Positions 40,237-52,900 of a DNA stretch of 64,000 nt are shown here, one piece after another. The first letter of the stretch is position 1. Each line of letters begins with the position of its first letter. This DNA comes from Auanema rhodensis (Eukaryota > Animalia > Nematoda). The stretch covers positions 19,034,001-19,098,000 of the forward strand of contig OZ059900.1 in the NCBI GenBank assembly GCA_964057225.1. Direction: 5' to 3'. The translations under genes and the position numbers were made by a program. The notes under the pieces are model-generated. The model was not told the DNA's origin, did no database searches, and saw only the letters and a program-made list of their open reading frames with translations.

Positions 40237-43200
40237 GAGCCTGCACTGATAATATAATTGGAAACAGGCAGTACGCAATACGCAAACATTTGAATGACAG
40301 CTTTATTACAATACGACTTAGTTTACTCAATTATATCAAGCTTCATGAACACGGACTGCTTGTGTAATATATAATAGCAATAATAGTTTCGTTTCTGTTT
40401 TTAATTAACTTTCCTGTACGCGAGTTATAATATTTAGAACGTGATTCCTTGATTATGAAAAACTTTCAGAGCCTGCACTGATAATATAATTGGAAACAGG
40501 CAGTACGCAATACGCAAACATTTGAATGACAGCTTTATTACAATACGACTTAGTTTACTCAATTATATCAAGCTTCATGAACACGGACTGCTTGTGTAAT
40601 ATATAATAGCAATAATAGTTTCGTTTCTGTTTTTAATTAACTTTCCAGTACGCGAGTTATAATATTTAGAACGTGATTCCTTGATTATGAAAAACTTTCA
40701 GAGCCTGCACTGATAATATAATTGGAAACAGGCAGTACGCAATACGCAAACATTTGAATGACAGCTTTATTACAATACGACTTAGTTTACTCAATCATAC
40801 CAATCTTCATGAACACGGACTGTTTGTGTAATAGATAATAGCAATAATAGTTTCGTTTCTGTTTTTAATTAACTTTCCTGTACGCGAGTTATAATATTTA
40901 GAACGTGATTCCTTGATTATGAAAAATTTTTAGAGCCTGCACTGATAATATAACTGGAAACAGGCAGTACGCGATACGCAAATATTTGAATGACAGCTTT
41001 ATTACAATACGACTTAGTTTACTCAATTATATCAAGCTTCATGAACACGGACTGCTTGTGTAATATATAATAGCAATAATAGTTTCGTTTCTGTTTTTAA
41101 TTAACTTTCCTGTACGCGAGTTATAATATTTAGAACGTGATTCCTTGATTATGAAAAACTTTCAGAGCCTGCACTGATAATATAATTGGACACAGGCAGT
41201 ACGCAATACGCAAACATTTGAATGACAGCTTTATTACAATACGACTTAGTTTACTCAATTATATCAAGCTTCATGAACACGGACTGCTTGTGTAATATAT
41301 AATAGCAATAATAGTTTCGTTTCTGTTTTTAATTAACTTTCCTGTACGCGAGTTATAATATTTAGAACGTGATTCCTTGATTATGAAAAACTTTCAGAGC
41401 CTGCACTGATAATATAATTGGAAACAGGCAGTACGCAATACGCAAACATTTGAATGACAGCTTTATTACAATACGACTTAGTTTACTCAATTATATCAAG
41501 CTTCATGAACACGGACTGCTTGTGTAATATATAATAGCAATAATAGTTTCGTTTCTGTTTTTAATTAACTTTCCTGTACGCGAGTTATAATATTTAGAAC
41601 GTGATTCCTTGATTATGAAAAATTTTTAGAGCCTGCACTGATAATATAACTGGAAACAGGCAGTACGCGATACGCAAATATTTGAATGACAGCTTTACTA
41701 CAATACGACTTAGTTTACTCAATTATATCAAGCTTCATGAACACGGACTGCTTGTGTAATATATAATAGCAATAATAGTTTCGTTTCTGTTTTTAATTAA
41801 CTTTCCTGTACGCGAGTTATAATATTTAGAACGTGATTCCTTGATTATGAAAAACTTTCAGAGCCTGCACTGATAATATAATTGGAAACAGGCAGTACGC
41901 AATACGCAAACATTTGAATGACAGCTTTAATACAATACGACTTAGCTTACTCAATCATATCAAGCTTCATGAACAGGGACTGTTTGTGTAATAGATGATA
42001 GCAATGATAGTTTCGTTTCTTTTTTTAATTAACTTTCCAGTACGCGAGTTATCATATTTAGAACGCGATTGCTTCATAATGAAAAATGTTTAGAGCCTGC
42101 ACTGATAATATAACTGGCAACAGGCAATACGCAAACATTTGAATGACAGCTTTATTACAATACGACTTAGTTTACTCAATCATACCAATCTTCATGAACA
42201 CGGACTGTTTGTGTAATAGATAATAGCAATAATAGTTTCGTTTCTGTTTTTAATTAACTTTCCTGTACGCGAGTTATAATATTTAGAACGTGATTCCTTG
42301 ATTATGAAAAATTTTTAGAGCCTGCACTGATAATATAACTGGAAACAGGCAGTACGCGATACGCAAATATTTGAATGACAGCTTTATTACAATACGACTT
42401 AGTTTACTCAATTATATCAAGCTTCATGAACACGGACTGCTTGTGTAATATATAATAGCAATAATAGTTTCGTTTCTGTTTTTAATTAACTTTCCTGTAC
42501 GCGAGTTATAATATTTAGAACGTGATTCCTTGATTATGAAAAACTTTCAGAGCCTGCACTGATAATATAATTGGAAACAGGCAGTACGCGATACGCAAAT
42601 ATTTGAATGACAGCTTTATTACAATACGACTTAGTTTACTCAATTATATCAAGCTTCATGAACACGGACTGCTTGTGTAATATATAATAGCAATAATAGT
42701 TTCGTTTCTGTTTTTAATTAACTTTCCTGTACGCGAGTTATAATATTTAGAACGTGATTCCTTGATTATGAAAAACTTTCAGAGCCTGCACTGATAATAT
42801 AATTGGAAACAGGCAGTACGCAATACGCAAACATTTGAATGACAGCTTTATTACAATACGACTTAGTTTACTCAATCATACCAATCTTCATGAACACGGA
42901 CTGTTTGTGTAATAGATAATAGCAATAATAGTTTCGTTTCTGTTTTTAATTAACTTTCCAGTACGCGAGTTATAATATTTAGAACGTGATTCCTTGATTA
43001 TGAAAAACTTTCAGAGCCTGCACTGATAATATAATTGGAAACAGGCAGTACGCGATACGCAAATATTTGAATGACAGCTTTATTACAATACGACTTAGTT
43101 TACTCAATTATATCAAGCTTCATGAACACGGACTGCTTGTGTAATATATAATAGCAATAATAGTTTCGTTTCTGTTTTTAATTAACTTTCCTGTACGCGA

Positions 43201-46200
43201 GTTATAATATTTAGAACGTGATTCCTTGATTATGAAAAATTTTTAGAGCCTGCACTGATAATATAACTGGAAACAGGCAGTACGCGATACGCAAATATTT
43301 GAATGACAGCTTTATTACAATACGACTTAGTTTACTCAATTATATCAAGCTTCATGAACACGGACTGCTTGTGTAATATATAATAGCAATAATAGTTTCG
43401 TTTCTGTTTTTAATTAACTTTCCTGTACGCGAGTTATAATATTTAGAACGTGATTCCTTGATTATGAAAAACTTTCAGAGCCTGCACTGATAATATAATT
43501 GGAAACAGGCAGTACGCAATACGCAAACATTTGAATGACAGCTTTATTACAATACGACTTAGTTTACTCAATTATATCAAGCTTCATGAACACGGACTGC
43601 TTGTGTAATATATAATAGCAATAATAGTTTCGTTTCTGTTTTTAATTAACTTTCCTGTACGCGAGTTATAATATTTAGAACGTGATTCCTTGATTATGAA
43701 AAATTTTTAGAGCCTGCACTGATAATATAACTGGAAACAGGCAGTACGCGATACGCAAATATTTGAATGACAGCTTTATTACAATACGACTTAGTTTACT
43801 CAATTATATCAAGCTTCATGAACACGGACTGCTTGTGTAATATATAATAGCAATAATAGTTTCGTTTCTGTTTTTAATTAACTTTCCTGTACGCGAGTTA
43901 TAATATTTAGAACGTGATTCCTTGATTATGAAAAACTTTCAGAGCCTGCACTGATAATATAATTGGAAACAGGCAGTACGCAATACGCAAACATTTGAAT
44001 GACAGCTTTATTACAATACGACTTAGTTTACTCAATCATACCAATCTTCATGAACACGGACTGTTTGTGTAATAGATAATAGCAATAATAGTTTCGTTTC
44101 TGTTTTTAATTAACTTTCCTGTACGCGAGTTATAATATTTAGAACGTGATTCCTTGATTATGAAAAACTTTCAGAGCCTGCACTGATAATATAATTGGAA
44201 ACAGGCAGTACGCAATACGCAAACATTTGAATGACAGCTTTATTACAATACGACTTAGTTTACTCAATTATATCAAGCTTCATGAACACGGACTGCTTGT
44301 GTAATATATAATAGCAATAATAGTTTCGTTTCTGTTTTTAATTAACTTTCCTGTACGCGAGTTATAATATTTAGAACGTGATTCCTTGATTATGAAAAAC
44401 TTTCAGAGCCTGCACTGATAATATAATTGGACACAGGCAGTACGCAATACGCAAACATTTGAATGACAGCTTTATTACAATACGACTTAGTTTACTCAAT
44501 TATATCAAGCTTCATGAACACGGACTGCTTGTGTAATATATAATAGCAATAATAGTTTCGTTTCTGTTTTTAATTAACTTTCCTGTACGCGAGTTATAAT
44601 ATTTAGAACGTGATTCCTTGATTATGAAAAACTTTCAGAGCCTGCACTGATAATATAATTGGAAACAGGCAGTACGCAATACGCAAACATTTGAATGACA
44701 GCTTTATTACAATACGACTTAGTTTACTCAATTATATCAAGCTTCATGAACACGGACTGCTTGTGTAATATATAATAGCAATAATAGTTTCGTTTCTGTT
44801 TTTAATTAACTTTCCTGTACGCGAGTTATAATATTTAGAACGTGATTCCTTGATTATGAAAAATTTTTAGAGCCTGCACTGATAATATAACTGGAAACAG
44901 GCAGTACGCGATACGCAAATATTTGAATGACAGCTTTATTACAATACGACTTAGTTTACTCAATTATATCAAGCTTCATGAACACGGACTGCTTGTGTAA
45001 TATATAATAGCAATAATAGTTTCGTTTCTGTTTTTAATTAACTTTCCTGTACGCGAGTTATAATATTTAGAACGTGATTCCTTGATTATGAAAAACTTTC
45101 AGAGCCTGCACTGATAATATAATTGGAAACAGGCAGTACGCAATACGCAAACATTTGAATGACAGCTTTATTACAATACGACTTAGTTTACTCAATTATA
45201 TCAAGCTTCATGAACACGGACTGCTTGTGTAATATATAATAGCAATAATAGTTTCGTTTCTGTTTTTAATTAACTTTCCTGTACGCGAGTTATAATATTT
45301 AGAACGTGATTCCTTGATTATGAAAAACTTTCAGAGCCTGCACTGATAATATAATTGGACACAGGCAGTACGCAATACGCAAACATTTGAATGACAGCTT
45401 TATTACAATACGACTTAGTTTACTCAATTATATCAAGCTTCATGAACACGGACTGCTTGTGTAATATATAATAGCAATAATAGTTTCGTTTCTGTTTTTA
45501 ATTAACTTTCCTGTACGCGAGTTATAATATTTAGAACGTGATTCCTTGATTATGAAAAACTTTCAGAGCCTGCACTGATAATATAATTGGAAACAGGCAG
45601 TACGCAATACGCAAACATTTGAATGACAGCTTTATTACAATACGACTTAGTTTACTCAATTATATCAAGCTTCATGAACACGGACTGCTTGTGTAATATA
45701 TAATAGCAATAATAGTTTCGTTTCTGTTTTTAATTAACTTTCCTGTACGCGAGTTATAATATTTAGAACGTGATTCCTTGATTATGAAAAACTTTCAGAG
45801 CCTGCACTGATAATATAATTGGAAACAGGCAGTACGCAATACGCAAACATTTGAATGACAGCTTTAATACAATACGACTTAGCTTACTCAATTATATCAA
45901 GCTTCATGAACACGGACTGCTTGTGTAATATATAATAGCAATAATAGTTTCGTTTCTGTTTTTAATTAACTTTCCAGTACGCGAGTTATAATATTTAGAA
46001 CGTGATTCCTTGATTATGAAAAACTTTCAGAGCCTGCACTGATAATATAATTGGAAACAGGCAGTACGCAATACGCAAACATTTGAATGACAGCTTTATT
46101 ACAATACGACTTAGTTTACTCAATCATACCAATCTTCATGAACACGGACTGTTTGTGTAATAGATAATAGCAATAATAGTTTCGTTTCTGTTTTTAATTA

Positions 46201-49200
46201 ACTTTCCTGTACGCGAGTTATAATATTTAGAACGTGATTCCTTGATTATGAAAAATTTTTAGAGCCTGCACTGATAATATAACTGGAAACAGGCAGTACG
46301 CGATACGCAAATATTTGAATGACAGCTTTATTACAATACGACTTAGTTTACTCAATTATATCAAGCTTCATGAACACGGACTGCTTGTGTAATATATAAT
46401 AGCAATAATAGTTTCGTTTCTGTTTTTAATTAACTTTCCTGTACGCGAGTTATAATATTTAGAACGTGATTCCTTGATTATGAAAAACTTTCAGAGCCTG
46501 CACTGATAATATAATTGGACACAGGCAGTACGCAATACGCAAACATTTGAATGACAGCTTTATTACAATACGACTTAGTTTACTCAATTATATCAAGCTT
46601 CATGAACACGGACTGCTTGTGTAATATATAATAGCAATAATAGTTTCGTTTCTTTTTTTAATTATTTTTCCAGTACGCGAGTTATCATATTTAGAACGCG
46701 ATTGCTTCATAATGAAAAATGTTTAGAGCCTGCACTGATAATATAACTGGCAACAGGCAATACGCAAACATTTGAATGACAGCTTTATTACAATACGACT
46801 TAGTTTACTCAATCATACCAATCTTCATGAACACGGACTGTTTGTGTAATAGATAATAGCAATAATAGTTTCGTTTCTGTTTTTAATTAACTTTCCTGTA
46901 CGCGAGTTATAATATTTAGAACGTGATTCCTTGATTATGAAAAACTTTCAGAGCCTGCACTGATAATATAATTGGAAACAGGCAGTACGCAATACGTAAA
47001 CATTTGAATGACAGCTTTATTACAATACGACTTAGTTTACTCAATTATATCAAGCTTCATGAACACGGACTGCTTGTGTAATATATAATAGCAATAATAG
47101 TTTCGTTTCTGTTTTTAATTAACTTTCCTGTACGCGAGTTATAATATTTAGAACGTGATTCCTTGATTATGAAAAATTTTTAGAGCCTGCACTGATAATA
47201 TAACTGGAAACAGGCAGTACGCGATACGCAAATATTTGAATGACAGCTTTATTACAATACGACTTAGTTTACTCAATTATATCAAGCTTCATGAACACGG
47301 ACTGCTTGTGTAATATATAATAGCAATAATAGTTTCGTTTCTGTTTTTAATTAACTTTCCTGTACGCGAGTTATAATATTTAGAACGTGATTCCTTGATT
47401 ATGAGAAACTTTCAGAGCCTGCACTGATAATATAATTGGAAACAGGCAGTACGCAATACGCAAACATTTGAATGACAGCTTTATTACAATACGACTTAGT
47501 TTACTCAATTATATCAAGCTTCATGAACACGGACTGCTTGTGTAATAGATAATAGCAATAATAGTTTCGTTTCTGTTTTTAATTAACTTTCCTGTACGCG
47601 AGTTATAATATTTAGAACGTGATTCCTTGATTATGAAAAATTTTTAGAGCCTGCACTGATAATATAACTGGAAACAGGCAGTACGCGATACGCAAATATT
47701 TGAATGACAGCTTTATTACAATACGACTTAGTTTACTCAATTATATCAAGCTTCATGAACACGGACTGCTTGTGTAATATATAATAGCAATAATAGTTTC
47801 GTTTCTGTTTTTAATTAACTTTCCTGTACGCGAGTTATAATATTTAGAACGTGATTCCTTGATTATGAAAAACTTTCAGAGCCTGCACTGATAATATAAT
47901 TGGACACAGGCAGTACGCAATACGCAAACATTTGAATGACAGCTTTATTACAATACGACTTAGTTTACTCAATTATATCAAGCTTCATGAACACGGACTG
48001 CTTGTGTAATATATAATAGCAATAATAGTTTCGTTTCTGTTTTTAATTAACTTTCCTGTACGCGAGTTATAATATTTAGAACGTGATTCCTTGATTATGA
48101 AAAACTTTCAGAGCCTGCACTGATAATATAATTGGAAACAGGCAGTACGCAATACGTAAACATTTGAATGACAGCTTTATTACAATACGACTTAGTTTAC
48201 TCAATCATATCAAGCTTCATGAACACGGACTGCTTGTGTAATATATAATAGCAATAATAGTTTCGTTTCTGTTTTTAATTAACTTTCCTGTACGCGAGTT
48301 ATAATATTTAGAACGTGATTCCTTGATTATGAAAACTTTTTAGAGCCTGCACTGATAATATAACTGGAAACAGGCAGTACGCGATACGCAAATATTTGAA
48401 TGACAGCTTTATTACAATACGACTTAGTTTACTCAATTATATCAAGCTTCATGAACACGGACTGCTTGTGTAATATATAATAGCAATAATAGTTTCGTTT
48501 CTGTTTTTAATTAACTTTCCTGTACGCGAGTTATAATATTTAGAACGTGATTCCTTGATTATGAAAAACTTTCAGAGCCTGCACTGATAATATAATTGGA
48601 AACAGGCAGTACGCAATACGCAAACATTTGAATGACAGCTTTATTACAATACGACTTAGTTTACTCAATTATATCAAGCTTCATGAACACGGACTGCTTG
48701 TGTAATATATAATAGCAATAATAGTTTCGTTTCTGTTTTTAATTAACTTTCCTGTACGCGAGTTATAATATTTAGAACGTGATTCCTTGATTATGAAAAA
48801 CTTTCAGAGCCTGCACTGATAATATAATTGGAAACAGGCAGTACGCAATACGCAAACATTTGAATGACAGCTTTATTACAATACGACTTAGTTTACTCAA
48901 TCATACCAATCTTCATGAACACGGACTGTTTGTGTAATAGATAATAGCAATAATAGTTTCGTTTCTGTTTTTAATTAACTTTCCTGTACGCGAGTTATAA
49001 TATTTAGAACGTGATTCCTTGATTATGAAAAACTTTCAGAGCCTGCACTGATAATATAATTGGAAACAGGCAGTACGCAATACGCAAACATTTGAATGAC
49101 AGCTTTATTACAATACGACTTAGTTTACTCAATTATATCAAGCTTCATGAACACGGACTGCTTGTGTAATATATAATAGCAATAATAGTTTCGTTTCTGT

Positions 49201-52200
49201 TTTTAATTAACTTTCCTGTACGCGAGTTATAATATTTAGAACGTGATTCCTTGATTATGAAAAACTTTCAGAGCCTGCACTGATAATATAATTGGAAACA
49301 GGCAGTACGCAATACGCAAACATTTGAATGACAGCTTTATTACAATACGACTTAGTTTACTCAATCATACCAATCTTCATGAACACGGACTGTTTGTGTA
49401 ATAGATAATAGCAATAATAGTTTCGTTTCTGGTTTTAATTAACTTTCCTGTACGCGAGTTATAATATTTAGAACGTGATTCCTTGATTATGAAAAATTTT
49501 TAGAGCCTGCACTGATAATATAACTGGAAACAGGCAATACTAAAACATTTGAATGACAGCTTTATTACAATACGACTTAGTTTACTCAATTATATCAAGC
49601 TTCATGAACACGGACTGCTTGTGTAATAGGTGATAGCAAGGATAGTTTCGTTTCTTTTTTTAATTAACTTTCCAGTACGCGAGTTATAATATTTAGAACG
49701 CGATTCCTTGATAATGAAAAACTTTCAGAGCCTGCACTGATAATATAATTGGAAACAGGCAGTACGCAATACGCAAACATTTGAATGACAGCTTTATTAC
49801 AATACGACTTAGTTTACTCAATCATATCAAGCTTCATGAACACGGACTGTTTGTGCAATAGATGATAGCAAGGATAGTTTCGTTTCTTTTTTTAATTAAC
49901 TTTCCAGTACGCGAGTTATAATATTTAGAACGCGATTCCTTGATAATGAAAAACTTTCAGAGCCTGCACTGATAATATAATTGGAAACAGGCAGTACGCA
50001 ATACGCAAACATTTGAATGACAGCTTTATTACAATACGACTTAGTTTACTCAATCATACCAATCTTCATGAACACGGACTGTTTGTGTAATAGATAATAG
50101 CAATAATAGTTTCGTTTCTGGTTTTAATTAACTTTCCTGTACGCGAGTTATAATATTTAGAACGTGATTCCTTGATTATGAAAAATTTTTAGAGCCTGCA
50201 CTGATAATATAACTGGAAACAGGCAGTACGCGATACGCAAATATTTGAATGACAGCTTTATTACAATACGACTTAGTTTACTCAATTATATCAAGCTTCA
50301 TGAACACGGACTGCTTGTGTAATATATAATAGCAATAATAGTTTCGTTTCTGTTTTTAATTAACTTTCCTGTACGCGAGTTATAATATTTAGAACGTGAT
50401 TCCTTGATTATGAAAAACTTTCAGAGCCTGCACTGATAATATAATTGGAAACAGGCAGTACGCAATACGCAAACATTTGAATGACAGCTTTAATACAATA
50501 CGACTTAGCTTACTCAATCATATCAAGCTTCATGAACAGGGACTGTTTGTGTAATAGATGATAGCAATGATAGTTTTGTTTCTTTTTTTAATTAACTTTC
50601 CAGTACGCGAGTTATCATATTTAGAACGCGATTGCTTCATAATGAAAAATGTTTAGAGCCTGCACTGATAATATAACTGGCAACAGGCAATACGCAAACA
50701 TTTGAATGACAGCTTTATTACAATACGACTTAGTTTACTCAATCATACCAATCTTCATGAACACGGACTGTTTGTGTAATAGATAATAGCAATAATAGTT
50801 TCGTTTCTGTTTTTAATTAACTTTCCTGTACGCGAGTTATAATATTTAGAACGTGATTCCTTGATTATGAAAAACTTTCAGAGCCTGCACTGATAATAAA
50901 ATTGGAAACAGGCAGTACGCAATACGCAAACATTTGAATGACAGCTTTATTACAATACGACTTAGTTTACTTAATTATATCAAGCTTCATGAACACGGAC
51001 TGCTTGTGTAATATATAATAGCAATAATAGTTTCGTTTCTGTTTTTAATTAACTTTCCTGTACGCGAGTTATAATATTTAGAACGTGATTCCTTGATTAT
51101 GAAAAATTTTTAGAGCCTGCACTGATAATATAACTGGAAACAGGCAGTACGCGATACGCAAATATTTGAATGACAGCTTTAATACAATACGACTTAGCTT
51201 ACTCAATCATATCAAGCTTCATGAACAGGGACTGTTTGTGTAATAGATGATAGCAATGATAGTTTCGTTTCTTTTTTTAATTAACTTTCCAGTACGCGAG
51301 TTATCATATTTAGAACGCGATTGCTTCATAATGAAAAATGTTTAGAGCCTGCACTGATAATATAACTGGCAACAGGCAATACGCAAACATTTGAATGACA
51401 GCTTTATTACAATACGACTTAGTTTACTCAATCATACCAATCTTCATGAACACGGACTGTTTGTGTAATAGATAATAGCAATAATAGTTTCGTTTCTGTT
51501 TTTAATTAACTTTCCTGTACGCGAGTTATAATATTTAGAACGTGATTCCTTGATTATGAAAAATTTTTAGAGCCTGCACTGATAATATAACTGGAAACAG
51601 GCAGTACGCGATACGCAAATATTTGAATGACAGCTTTAATACAATACGACTTAGCTTACTCAATCATATCAAGCTTCATGAACAGGGACTGCTTGTGTAA
51701 TAGATGATAGCAATGATAGTTTCGTTTCTTTTTTTAATTAACTTTCCAGTACGCGAGTTATCATATTTAGAACGCGATTGCTTCATAATGAAAAATGTTT
51801 AGAGCCTGCACTGATAATATAACTGGCAACAGGCAATACGCAAACATTTGAATGACAGCTTTATTACAATACGACTTAGTTTACTCAATCATATCAAGCT
51901 TCATGAACACGGACTGTTTGTGCAATAGATGATAGCAAGGATAGTTTCGTTTCTTTTTTTAATTAACTTTCCAGTACGCGAGTTATAATATTTAGAACGC
52001 GATTCCTTGATAATGAAAAACTTTCAGAGCCTGCACTGATAATATAATTGGAAACAGGCAGTACGCAATACGCAAACATTTGAATGACAGCTTTATTACA
52101 ATACGACTTAGTTTACTCAATTATATCAAGCTTCATGAACACGGACTGCTTGTGCAATAGATGATAGCAAGGATAGTTTCGTTTCTTTTTTTAATTAACT

Positions 52201-52888
52201 TTCCAGTACGCGAGTTATAATATTTAGAACGCGATTCCTTGATAATGAAAAACTTTCAGAGCCTGCACTGATAATATAATTGGAAACAGGCAGTACGCAA
52301 TACGCAAACATTTGAATGACAGCTTTATTACAATACGACTTAGTTTACTCAATCATATCAAGCTTCATGAACACGGACTGTTTGTGCAATAGATGATAGC
52401 AAGGATAGTTTCGTTTCTTTTTTTAATTAACTTTCCAGTACGCGAGTTATAATATTTAGAACGCGATTCCTTGATAATGAAAAACTTTCAGAGCCTGCAC
52501 TGATAATATAATTGGAAACAGGCAGTACGCAATACGCAAACATTTGAATGACAGCTTTATTACAATACGACTTAGTTTACTCAATCATACCAATCTTCAT
52601 GAACACGGACTGTTTGTGTAATAGATAATAGCAATAATAGTTTCGTTTCTGTTTTTAATTAACTTTCCTGTACGCGAGTTATAATATTTAGAACGTGATT
52701 CCTTGATTATGAAAAATTTTTAGAGCCTGCACTGATAATATAACTGGAAACAGGCAGTACGCGATACGCAAATATTTGAATGACAGCTTTATTACAATAC
52801 GACTTAGTTTACTCAATTATATCAAGCTTCATGAACACGGACTGCTTGTGTAATATATAATAGCAATAATAGTTTCGTTTCTGTTTTT
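40233..52888 (+). repeat. Tandem satellite array, 232-bp monomer (SatB), 54 full copies plus one partial; includes six 225-bp deletion variants
   Basis: GAGCCTGCACTGAT recurs at 40237, 40469, 40701 ... 52491, 52723. Monomers starting 42093, 46726, 49503, 50656, 51345 and 51802 are 225 bp. No extended similarity to SatA on either strand. Strand assignment is arbitrary. Confidence 0.99.
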
Positions 52889-52900
52889 CTCATTTTTCAT
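52889..52900. other. SatB/inverted-SatA junction with 7-12 bp filler (CTCATTTTTCAT)
   Basis: The SatB match ends at CTGTTTTT (52888; expected continuation AATTAAC). The exact inverted-SatA match starts at ACTCATG (52901), or at TTCA (52896) if one mismatch is allowed. Confidence 0.88.

Noticed and set aside
40182-40367. 61-aa ORF (MGNTVFLFFSSVQHVKCFRACTD...)
   Set aside because: It is a chance read-through across the SatA/SatB junction. The first 18 codons are the start of a 39-codon ORF present in ordinary SatA monomers and the rest is SatB. No recognisable domain.
40237-40468. Common ancestry of SatA and SatB (shared TGAACAC, CATTTGA, TTCGTT)
   Set aside because: Only 6-7 bp words, not collinear, and expected in AT-rich sequences.
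40237-40468. Promoter or polyadenylation-like words (TATAAT, TATATAA, minus-strand AATAAA) in SatB
   Set aside because: These are expected in about 69% AT sequence, and there is no associated gene or transcript evidence.
40233-52900. SatB island as a transposon or MITE insertion
   Set aside because: No terminal inverted repeats, LTRs, coding capacity or true target-site duplication. The flanks are in opposite orientation and break at different monomer positions.
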